Positions 30,467 to 39,115 of a stretch of DNA of 64,000 nt are shown piece after piece (position 1 is the stretch's first letter; every line of letters starts with the position of its first letter). A program made the position numbers and the translations under genes. This stretch comes from a bacterium (GTDB taxonomy: Bacteria; Electryoneota; JAOADG01), in assembly GCA_963681965.1 (NCBI GenBank), contig OY820579.1, positions 1,632,001-1,696,000 of the forward strand, written 5' to 3'. Under the pieces are notes generated by a model. It ran no database searches and was not told the origin of the DNA. It worked only from the letters and a program-made list of their open reading frames with translations.

Positions 30467-33400
30467 ATGGGAAACTGGCGTTTGTTTTTGTTAACCGGCT
30501 TGTTGCTGATTTCAGCAGCGATTTATGCACGAGAGTGGACACCCGACGATGATGTCATCGACGGTATTCCAATTGAAGGCGCTGTCAACATTACCTCTCA
30601 GTCGTTTGAAGTGGGTCATCTCAAGATCCATTATTCCGACTTTGCAGTCAAAATGGATGCGCTTGACTATCAGAATCGAAAATGGACTCTAGTCACGATC
30701 GATGGCGAAACACGGTTGTGGGATTACGGTCGACCGGCATTGCCGATGATCTCTCGAACTGTACGATTGCCGAATAAAGGCAATGTTCAAGTGGTCGCAA
30801 CACCGGGTGAGTATGTCGATTTTCCGAATGTGGATGTAATGCCACAGCAACTCACCGATCTGAAGCAAGTCGGCAATCATCTTGAACCGCTTTCGTATAA
30901 GTTCGATCAAGAGACATATAATAAGGACTGCTGGTATCCCGAAAATCCAGTACAATTGTCTACACCACAGATTATGCGCGATGCGCGCGCAACAGCGCTG
31001 ATGCTGTGTCCGGTGCAGTACAATCCGGTTACTCGCGTTCTTCGCGTGTACCGCTCTTACGACGTCGAGACGATACCTACCGGTGGCGTCGGTGAAAATG
31101 AATTGGAATTAACGCGATCCCATGCCGTACCAAGTTATGCCGGGATCTACAGCGATATTATCGGTGCCGACGAGCTGACAACCGAAGCGTTGGCAGCACC
31201 TCCCGGCAAGATCATGTTGGTCTGTCGCAGTGCTAGCCAAGCGGCGTGTCAAGCATTTGCCGATTGGAAAACGCAATCGGGACATCCCACGCAATTATAT
31301 GTGACTGCAACGACAGTTGCCGACACAATTCGTGCCGCAGTATTGAATGCATACAATACTTGGAATCCACCATTGGAAACGGTCTTGTTGATGGGGGATG
31401 GAGCAGGCGATTTTTCGATTCCGACCTATTCCTTTAGTTATGTCTATTCCGATCACAATTTCGGATGTCTCGGAACAAGTGTTGTTGCAACGATTTGGAC
31501 CGGTCGTTTACATGCCGACAATGCACAAGAATTGCAAATCCAGATCAACAAATCGGTGAATTACGAACGAAATCCACCGATGGGAACCGCTTCAGTGCCT
31601 GATACCACTTGGTTTACTTACGGTTGGGGTTATGCGGGCACTTCTATGAACATCGTATCAAATCCTCCGAACATTCAGTATTGTCTTGAGATGATGCGAA
31701 GCCGCGGGGTTCGGAATACTGTATTCGATACTCACAATGGACACGTCGATGCCAGTTTAATCAATACCCGACTGAATAACGGTGCAATTTTCTGGGCACA
31801 TCGTGCCGGATGGATTGGAGAAATAAACCAATCCGATGTAACTGGAATGAACAATATCAACAAACCGTTTGTGGGCTTTAACATTACCTGCTCTTCAGGC
31901 GATTGGTTTGGAACATCGGCTTCTGGCATTCATGTTGCATTAACGAAGATGGGTACGACAACCCAAGGTAAAGGGGCACTGGCAGCCGTTTCGACGCAAA
32001 CCTCCGGAACCAATCCGGGACATAATAATGTGATGTCGGCAGGTTCGTTCCATGCATATGGTGTCAAGAAAGCGCGTCAACCGGGACCGATGTTTTTCGA
32101 GGGCAAATACCAGTTATGGCGTAATTACATTTGGAACGGTATTTCCGACTCGTCACAAGCGGTTCAATTTATTTATTGGAATAATCCACTCGGCGATCTT
32201 TCGGTGAACATGTGGTCGGGAGTTCCGCGGAAATTATTAACGACTACACCGCGAACGATGGGATTAGGTCAAAATCGGTTGGAATTGACCGTAACCAAAC
32301 AGCAAGGTGGCACCCCGGTCGCAGGCGCGATGGTAACGGCATTCAAACGAAATGCTACCGGTACAATCACAGAAACTTATGCGCGTGCGATTACCGATAC
32401 CTCAGGTCATGTGTTGTTGACATTGAACAATGCCACAGCAGGCAGTATGTTCGTAACGGTATCTACGAATCAGATAGGACAGAATCTTTATCCTAAGATC
32501 GATACGGTAAGCATTGTGCAACGACCGGTCGATTTATCAGTGGCGAATGTTGTCATTCAGGACGATAACAATAGCGGTCGCGTTGGCAATAACAATCTCA
32601 CCGCCAATCCCGGTGAGACGATCGACCTAACAGTTTCGCTGCAAAACCGCGGAAGTTCGAATGCAACTGGAATTACTGGTAGCATCACAAGCACCGATCC
32701 TCGGGTGACTGTCGGAACTGCAACGGCAACTTGGCCGACCGATTCAGCAGGATCGACCGTTGCCGCAAATGCTGCGATTCGGATTTCATTGCTTAATGGA
32801 TTCAAAGACAATGAAGTTATTCCATTGCGATTAGGGGTAATCACCGATCAAGACACGAATATAATCTCGATCCCGATTACCGTTCGAACGATCAAGATGG
32901 CATTTGTTTCCTATACTACGACACCGGCGGTGATCACTCCCGGTCAACCAGCATCGTTGTCTATCACGGTAAAGAATAGTGGCGGTTTAGCGACTGCGTC
33001 GACGAATGTCTCGTTGTTTACATTATCGCCGTATGCGGCTTTTAGTGTACCCACGGTGGCATTCCCGAGCCTGCCACTCAATACCAACGTTTCGAATCCA
33101 ACCGGTCAACGATTTACGATCGTCAGTAACGGTCGAACGATTCCCGGGACGATCGTCACGATTGGTGCCGCATTCAGTGCCGGTTCGAACATCGATACAG
33201 TGTATTTCACGATGGCAATCGGTACCCGCGCGACCTATCATGCGACGGGACCGGATCCATACGGTTATATGGCGTTCGACAAGACTGATACATCTTACCG
33301 AATGCTTTGTCCTACATACCAATGGGTAGAAATTCTTCCTGCATCGGGTGGTCATGGTACTCGGTTGGCATTAACTGATAACGTAATCGCATCCAATCGC

Positions 33401-35683
33401 TCATCAAACGACGTGTCGCTTCGCGTTCGCTTACCGTTCACAGTGCGGTATTACGGTGCCAATTACGACTCAGCGACCATTTGCAGTAATGGCTGGTTGG
33501 CGTTCGGTTCGCAGCCGAATTATCAAAATAGTCGTAACTGGCATTTGCCGGCATTCGAAGGTCCGCGGAATATCGTCGCGGTCAACTGGTGCGATCAATC
33601 CAACGATGGTTCGAACGAAGGTACTTATGTCTGGAACGATACCGCGAATCATCGGTACATCGTTACTTGGAAAAATACCTCGATGTTTACGCCTTCTGCT
33701 CAGGAATATCAGTTGATCATTTTCGATCCACGATTTAATGAAACCGCTACCGGCGATGCATCGTTGAAATTCCAGTACAAAGTCTTCAATCCAGCGGCAT
33801 ACTCTGGTGGCGAGACTGGTGTTTCGTACGCGACAGTCGGTATTTGCGATAGCACCTATACTAGGGCTTTGGAATACTGCTACTGGAATATGTACAATCC
33901 CGGTTGTGCTCCGATCACGAATGGCAGCAATTCGAATTTTGCCATTATGTTTACAACCTCGAAACCGGTAACTGGACACGTCGGCGGTCTTGTAACGAAG
34001 GCTTCAGACAATACTCCAATTCGCAATGCAGTAGTTGCATTGACGAATGGCGGTCGTAGTGCGATTACCGATTCGAACGGTCATTATTCGATGCGCGACG
34101 TTCAAATCGGCGCCTATAATATTCAGGCAACGTGCTCCGGTTACAATGCCGCAACCGATACTTTGACGGTTGTTGACAGTCTAACGACTACCGTTAATTT
34201 CCATCTTACCGCACCGCGACTGGTAATATCTTTAAATCCGCAAGACACAGTTTTAGCACCGAACGATTCACTGGTATGTTCGTTGCCGGATACTGGCGAT
34301 GCGACGACGTTGAAGATCTATTTACGGAACCGTGGTAATGGTCCGTTAACTTGGAATTCGGAATTGTTGTATGGTGGCGTATTCGATCGCGTTTCCCCAC
34401 AGCCGCAACCCATCGATCCACGGCAACAAAATGGTGGCGATAATTCAACCGACGAATTAAATAATTTGTGGGATCGCGTTTACACTTTCGATGCATCCGC
34501 AGCGGTCGGTGGCGATCAATTATTGAACGGCGTCGAATTCGACGGATTACACATGTGGATCACTGGTGCAACCAATGGTTACGCTCGTCCGCATAAATTA
34601 TACAAATTGACGCGAGCCGGTCAGTTGTTGGCTACCTATGATTGTCCCGATCAGACTGGTTTGATGGGCTGGCGCGATATGGCTTGGGATGGACATTACC
34701 TTTACGGCTCCTATTCCAACTATATCGACAAGATCGATACCTCGAATGGAAGCGTTGTATCACGATTCCAAGTGCAATCGATCAGCGTTGCTCGCGGTAT
34801 CGCGATCGACACTGCCGCTGGCATTATTTATTACGCCGATCAAAACAGCGCCATTTACAAGATGCATTTATCGGACGGCACGGCAGCCGGCAGCGTTGCT
34901 TCGCCGGGTGGTTTGTTCGGTTTGGCATGGTATCCAACCGATCCGGATAATATGCCGTTGTACGCATTCTGCCGCGATTCTTCCGGTCGTACGCGTGGTA
35001 CCCGAGTGTACAAGATCAATCCGACAACCGGTACGACGATATCATTGTTGTCGCTCGGTTCTTCGACTGAAAATGCCAATGGATTGGCAATCACACCGCG
35101 TTGGAATCCGATGCTTTGGACTTCGATTGCGATGCTTGAAAATCCAACTACTGGTGGCAACGATCATGTCGTGATCAACGAGTTGGCATTCAATACGGTT
35201 TGGATTCAATATTCACCGCATGCGTCGACTCTGGAACCGGGTGCGATGGATTCAATTCAGATTCATATCGACAGTCATTTTATGCCGATTGATCGATACC
35301 GTGTGGCAATTCGGTTGGTCACCAACTCCGTGACCGATACCGTTGTCGTTCCGGTAGTGATGAATGTGTATGATCATTTGATCAATTCCGCCGAAGAACC
35401 TACGGCAAAATTGCCCGCGGTTTATGCGCTGGAACAGAACTACCCGAATCCGTTCAATCCTACTACAGCGATCACGTTTGCACTACCTCGTGCCGAACGG
35501 GTGAAACTGTCGGTTTACAATGAATTGGGTCAGGAAGTCGTGAAATTGGTCTCCAATCGACCGATGAGTGCAGGAATGCATTCGGTTACTTTCGATGGCA
35601 GCAAACTGGCGACCGGTCTTTATTTCTACAAGATCGAAGCGGGTTCGTTTGTTTCGACCCGAAAGATGGTTCTGTTGAAGTAG
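30467..35683 (+). CDS. Gingipain-like C25 cysteine peptidase family protein with propeptide, Ig domains, beta-propeller and T9SS-type C-terminal domain
   Basis: GRPALP propeptide, PVQYNP, FADWK..G, LLMGD, SDH, GRL, YERNP, ITCSSG, NPLGD; C-terminal QNYPNPFNP...KMVLLK. Confidence 0.9.
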   Translation: MGNWRLFLLTGLLLISAAIYAREWTPDDDVIDGIPIEGAVNITSQSFEVGHLKIHYSDFAVKMDALDYQNRKWTLVTIDGETRLWDYGRPALPMISRTVRLPNKGNVQVVATPGEYVDFPNVDVMPQQLTDLKQVGNHLEPLSYKFDQETYNKDCWYPENPVQLSTPQIMRDARATALMLCPVQYNPVTRVLRVYRSYDVETIPTGGVGENELELTRSHAVPSYAGIYSDIIGADELTTEALAAPPGKIMLVCRSASQAACQAFADWKTQSGHPTQLYVTATTVADTIRAAVLNAYNTWNPPLETVLLMGDGAGDFSIPTYSFSYVYSDHNFGCLGTSVVATIWTGRLHADNAQELQIQINKSVNYERNPPMGTASVPDTTWFTYGWGYAGTSMNIVSNPPNIQYCLEMMRSRGVRNTVFDTHNGHVDASLINTRLNNGAIFWAHRAGWIGEINQSDVTGMNNINKPFVGFNITCSSGDWFGTSASGIHVALTKMGTTTQGKGALAAVSTQTSGTNPGHNNVMSAGSFHAYGVKKARQPGPMFFEGKYQLWRNYIWNGISDSSQAVQFIYWNNPLGDLSVNMWSGVPRKLLTTTPRTMGLGQNRLELTVTKQQGGTPVAGAMVTAFKRNATGTITETYARAITDTSGHVLLTLNNATAGSMFVTVSTNQIGQNLYPKIDTVSIVQRPVDLSVANVVIQDDNNSGRVGNNNLTANPGETIDLTVSLQNRGSSNATGITGSITSTDPRVTVGTATATWPTDSAGSTVAANAAIRISLLNGFKDNEVIPLRLGVITDQDTNIISIPITVRTIKMAFVSYTTTPAVITPGQPASLSITVKNSGGLATASTNVSLFTLSPYAAFSVPTVAFPSLPLNTNVSNPTGQRFTIVSNGRTIPGTIVTIGAAFSAGSNIDTVYFTMAIGTRATYHATGPDPYGYMAFDKTDTSYRMLCPTYQWVEILPASGGHGTRLALTDNVIASNRSSNDVSLRVRLPFTVRYYGANYDSATICSNGWLAFGSQPNYQNSRNWHLPAFEGPRNIVAVNWCDQSNDGSNEGTYVWNDTANHRYIVTWKNTSMFTPSAQEYQLIIFDPRFNETATGDASLKFQYKVFNPAAYSGGETGVSYATVGICDSTYTRALEYCYWNMYNPGCAPITNGSNSNFAIMFTTSKPVTGHVGGLVTKASDNTPIRNAVVALTNGGRSAITDSNGHYSMRDVQIGAYNIQATCSGYNAATDTLTVVDSLTTTVNFHLTAPRLVISLNPQDTVLAPNDSLVCSLPDTGDATTLKIYLRNRGNGPLTWNSELLYGGVFDRVSPQPQPIDPRQQNGGDNSTDELNNLWDRVYTFDASAAVGGDQLLNGVEFDGLHMWITGATNGYARPHKLYKLTRAGQLLATYDCPDQTGLMGWRDMAWDGHYLYGSYSNYIDKIDTSNGSVVSRFQVQSISVARGIAIDTAAGIIYYADQNSAIYKMHLSDGTAAGSVASPGGLFGLAWYPTDPDNMPLYAFCRDSSGRTRGTRVYKINPTTGTTISLLSLGSSTENANGLAITPRWNPMLWTSIAMLENPTTGGNDHVVINELAFNTVWIQYSPHASTLEPGAMDSIQIHIDSHFMPIDRYRVAIRLVTNSVTDTVVVPVVMNVYDHLINSAEEPTAKLPAVYALEQNYPNPFNPTTAITFALPRAERVKLSVYNELGQEVVKLVSNRPMSAGMHSVTFDGSKLATGLYFYKIEAGSFVSTRKMVLLK

Positions 35684-35711
35684 ACGCTAAGTAGTAAATT
35701 TGTTTCGATAA

Positions 35712-35747
35712 GAAACCGGGACTCGCAAGGGTTCCGGTTTCGATTTT
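35712..35747 (+). terminator. Hairpin terminator after the C25 gene
   Basis: GAAACCGGGACTC-gcaa-GGGTTCCGGTTTC. Confidence 0.7.
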
Positions 35748-35787
35748 CGGTAGTTTGCTTGGTTCGTCAAAGGGTATTGTGGGGTGT

Positions 35788-35816
35788 TTGCTTCCACGCG
35801 AGTTTTTTCCTAACTT
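35788..35816 (+). promoter_or_regulatory. Sigma70-like promoter for tRNA-His
   Basis: TTGCTT-17 bp-TAACTT upstream of the tRNA. Confidence 0.45.
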
Positions 35817-35839
35817 TATCGGCTACAAAAAAGTAGTAT

Positions 35840-35913
35840 GCTGGGGTAGCTCAGTTGGTTAGAGCGCCAGACTGTGGATCTGGAGGTCGAGGGTTCAAGT
35901 CTCTCCCCCAGTA
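35840..35913 (+). tRNA. tRNA-His (GTG), integration target
   Basis: Arm CCAGA-CTGTGGA-TCTGG; acceptor GCTGGGG/CCCCAGT, discriminator A. Confidence 0.95.
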
Positions 35914-35914
35914 C
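35869..35914 (+). repeat. attL core (46 bp)
   Basis: AGACTGTGGATCTGGAGGTCGAGGGTTCAAGTCTCTCCCCCAGTAC, identical to 47395-47440. Confidence 0.95.
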
Positions 35915-36008
35915 TGATAAATAGAGATTTAAATCCGTTATCTCGATACCAAGTGCTAACGGTTTTAGGCAAAACTGCTAACGGTATTGTCACCTTTCCG
36001 AGGTCACT

Positions 36009-37040
36009 ATGCCGTTTTCTCTTTTTTTGCGAGGCTCCAAGTGGTACATGAAAGTAACCGAGAGTGGGAAAGTTCGATGGAAGTCTACCGGATGTACTGA
36101 TCACGCTGAAGCACAGAAGTTCCTTAGTGCTCATACTAGAAGTGTTTCCAAAAAACCAGCTAGAAAGCCACCAGAACCAATTCTCACCACGCAGTCGATC
36201 ACTTTATCGACTTTCATCGAACAGTATCTCGTATGGTCTTCTGCGAATCATCGTTCTGGATCGGTTGAGATTGTACAGCGATCATTAACGAACTTCAAGA
36301 ATGTGATTGGGGATCTCCCCTTAACAGCGATCAATAAACGACATGTCGATTACTTCAAATGTATCCGAATGGTTCAGATCAAACCGGTGACAGTGAATAT
36401 CGAATTGCGTACGATTCGCAGTGCCTTGTATCAAGCAAAGCGCTGGGGATTGCTTCAGGAAGTTCCGGTTAATGGTAAGGATATGTTCAAGCTGAGTTCC
36501 GATACGATTGCATTATCTGAGCAGGAAGTAACTCTGTTATTGTCTTCGATCAAAGAACCGTGGTTGAAGACGATTGTACTTGTCGCAGTGAATACGGGTA
36601 TGCGAAGAAATGAGTTGTGTAATCTTCGCTGGTCGGATATTGACCAAGAGAAAGGATTGCTCACTATTCATGAATCGAAATCGGGAAAAGCTCGCTGTAT
36701 TCCAATTCCTCCCTCGCTGATCGAAGCGGTGAAAGCAATCCGTAACCACAGTGAGTGGGTTTTCTCGATCGATGGAAAATTGAAAGTGAAAGGAGTTTGG
36801 GCGAGTCATTTGTTCAAGAAGTACTGCCGAAAATTGGGATTGTCCGAGAAAGTTCACTTCCACACGTTACGCCATACTTGTGCATCGATCATGGTTCGCA
36901 ATGGTGTCAGTCTCTACCATGCTTCCAAAGTGCTGGGACACTCCTCTGTGGTGGTTACCGAGAAATACTACGCTCACATGGGAGTAGAAGATCTAAGGGG
37001 TGCGGTGAATGTGGTGGGGGATAGGATTGTTTATTGTTAA
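36009..37040 (+). CDS. Tyrosine recombinase (phage-type integrase)
   Basis: TGMRRNE, SKSGK, HTLRH, LGHS, KYY catalytic motifs all present. Confidence 0.95.
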   Translation: MPFSLFLRGSKWYMKVTESGKVRWKSTGCTDHAEAQKFLSAHTRSVSKKPARKPPEPILTTQSITLSTFIEQYLVWSSANHRSGSVEIVQRSLTNFKNVIGDLPLTAINKRHVDYFKCIRMVQIKPVTVNIELRTIRSALYQAKRWGLLQEVPVNGKDMFKLSSDTIALSEQEVTLLLSSIKEPWLKTIVLVAVNTGMRRNELCNLRWSDIDQEKGLLTIHESKSGKARCIPIPPSLIEAVKAIRNHSEWVFSIDGKLKVKGVWASHLFKKYCRKLGLSEKVHFHTLRHTCASIMVRNGVSLYHASKVLGHSSVVVTEKYYAHMGVEDLRGAVNVVGDRIVYC

Positions 37041-37041
37041 T

Positions 37042-38175
37042 TCAATTTATTAATGCAACAACTTTAATTGTTATATTATCAATCAAATAATTTACAGAAG
37101 GGGGAATTGGAATTGCTATCAATGGATTAAAGAAAAGGAAGTTAATACCTCTAGCACTTTTAGAATTATTTTGGCTAGAAGGATAAATTATTCCATCAAA
37201 ACCATATTCGCGAATGGTTTGTGCTAAAAATTGAGTAACTAAATATTCAGTAGATTCGTCACTTGGTCGGATAGGTTCGCCAAACATTTTCCCTAAAGTT
37301 TCACGAGTTTCTAATACTTCTAGATATTTCAAAAATAGATCATAATGAGTGAACGGTGAATATTTTAGCGAAGTCTGACGAGGTAATAAGTCACATAATT
37401 TTACTTCTCTTTTTAGCTTAAACTTTGAAACAGATACAATATCTTTTTTCGCAGGACGTACCTCATTAATTGCAGTTAATACGCTATCAGCACAATACAA
37501 AAACGGTTGACCTAGAAGATTGGCTCGTCCAGCTCGCGCTTTTTCAGGAGGAGGAGCAATTATCGAAGAACCTGAATGATCTTTCCCGATTCTTGCACGC
37601 CACAAATCAACATTTTTTTGAAGAATAACATCAATCTTTTCCAAGAGTTCAATAAAGATTTTGAAACTATGACGTGTAGCATCATCTAGTTCAACAGTTG
37701 AAATAACCTTATTGAACGTCAACGAATGTCCATATTTTCTAATTGCTTTTTCTAGCAGAGACAAATAAGAGCTAATTGGGAAGTCTAATTTATCAGAATC
37801 ATCTCTATCGAACCAACTATCGGATAATTTAGCTCCATTCTTTGTAATTAAACCAGAATCTATTAAGATATTATCCAACAATTTACGCTGAGTAGTTTCC
37901 GCTAAGCTTAAAGAAAATACACTAAATCTATTTTGAAATTTAGACAGCAATGTTTCGCCTTCTTGAAATTTTCGACGAGAAGATAGAGAATAGTCAAAAT
38001 GAATAAAACTCCTATAGATTACTGGTGAGATCATTTCTCCTAGATCAGATGGCTCTAGACGATGAGTATTTATCTTTTTACAAAATGGACACTGTTCTTC
38101 TGAGAAAACACCATTTTCTCTAATAAATTCTTTAATACCTCTCTCTTGGAAACACCCATCGCAACATTCTACCAT
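37042..38175 (-). CDS. RES-domain protein with Cys-rich N-terminal domain
   Basis: WRAR, AGRAN, TAINEVRP, EYLVTQ..DGIIYPSS; N-terminal CCDGC...CPFC. Confidence 0.85.
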   Translation of the reverse strand: MVECCDGCFQERGIKEFIRENGVFSEEQCPFCKKINTHRLEPSDLGEMISPVIYRSFIHFDYSLSSRRKFQEGETLLSKFQNRFSVFSLSLAETTQRKLLDNILIDSGLITKNGAKLSDSWFDRDDSDKLDFPISSYLSLLEKAIRKYGHSLTFNKVISTVELDDATRHSFKIFIELLEKIDVILQKNVDLWRARIGKDHSGSSIIAPPPEKARAGRANLLGQPFLYCADSVLTAINEVRPAKKDIVSVSKFKLKREVKLCDLLPRQTSLKYSPFTHYDLFLKYLEVLETRETLGKMFGEPIRPSDESTEYLVTQFLAQTIREYGFDGIIYPSSQNNSKSARGINFLFFNPLIAIPIPPSVNYLIDNITIKVVALIN

Positions 38176-38192
38176 TTCTATCTCCTAAAATA

Positions 38193-38768
38193 TTAACCAT
38201 ATATAATTATTAACCAGATGATTAAACTAGTAATTAAAACGATAGTAATTTCTAAAGTTACCAAGCAACCCGCCTTCGTTTGTTGTGTGGAAGGATCGCG
38301 AGCTGTAGGTGTATCATTCTCGAAAGCATTTTCCCCCAGTGGTGGGCGTTCTATTGGTGGAAGTTCTTCAGTTATTACCTTTGAAGTTGGACTCCACATT
38401 TCTGGATTTACCCCACTCTTAGTAATTACCCGGTATTTCATTCTGTGGTTACGACAATAGATTTCACCGGCTTGAAGTTTCCTTGTGGTATTTGCGTCTT
38501 GAAATAGATGCTCCCCTTTGACTTCCCGTAGTTCTTTGGAGCCATCTAAAAGCTCCACAAAGAAATCTGGTTGATAACGCCCGGAAGCACCCCACCATTT
38601 AGTATAGGGAATCTCTACTCCGTGGTGGTGTGTCCATTTTGCAACAAGCGGGTCACGATCAAGCTCATCCATATACTGAAGTTCCCAACCGGAATCGAAC
38701 CATTCTCCCGCTTGTCCACGAGGACTCTTCCGCCAACCTCGCGACCATCCGCGCCGATAGCGAGCCAT
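38193..38768 (-). CDS. TnsA-like PD-(D/E)XK endonuclease with C-terminal transmembrane helix
   Basis: FDSGWE, IPY, YQPDFFV, EVKG; C-terminal ITIVLITSLIIWLIIIYG. Confidence 0.8.
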   Translation of the reverse strand: MARYRRGWSRGWRKSPRGQAGEWFDSGWELQYMDELDRDPLVAKWTHHHGVEIPYTKWWGASGRYQPDFFVELLDGSKELREVKGEHLFQDANTTRKLQAGEIYCRNHRMKYRVITKSGVNPEMWSPTSKVITEELPPIERPPLGENAFENDTPTARDPSTQQTKAGCLVTLEITIVLITSLIIWLIIIYG

Positions 38769-39115
38769 TATACCCGCCTTGAGACGATCTTAAAGATCAT
38801 CCCACGCTTTCGGCAAAACTCTTCACCGGCTTTCAATTTCCGTTCAGTGTCAGGATTACCACGCAGGTGTGTACCTTTTACCTCATGTATTTCCTTTGAG
38901 CCATCCTCACGCTCAATAATAAAATCAGGATTATATGTCGCTTTGGAGTGATCGAGTTTTAGGTAGGGAATTTTCAAAGATCGGCAGCGCTCCCACTTTT
39001 TAACGGTCTCATCCTCATCGAGCAAGAGCATATAGTCACGTTCCCATGTGGAATCGTAAGGTTCACTTTTCCGGGTACACCGCTTGAGATTACTGACTAT
39101 TCCGTGTTCACTCAT
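38768..39115 (-). CDS. TnsA-like PD-(D/E)XK endonuclease
   Basis: YDSTWE, IPY, YNPDFII, EVKG; overlaps both neighbours. Confidence 0.85.
   Translation of the reverse strand: MSEHGIVSNLKRCTRKSEPYDSTWERDYMLLLDEDETVKKWERCRSLKIPYLKLDHSKATYNPDFIIEREDGSKEIHEVKGTHLRGNPDTERKLKAGEEFCRKRGMIFKIVSRRV

Noticed and set aside
38193-39115. Tn7-like transposon suggested by TnsA-like domains
   Set aside because: No TnsB, TnsC or TniQ; the element is bounded by tRNA att repeats and has a tyrosine integrase.
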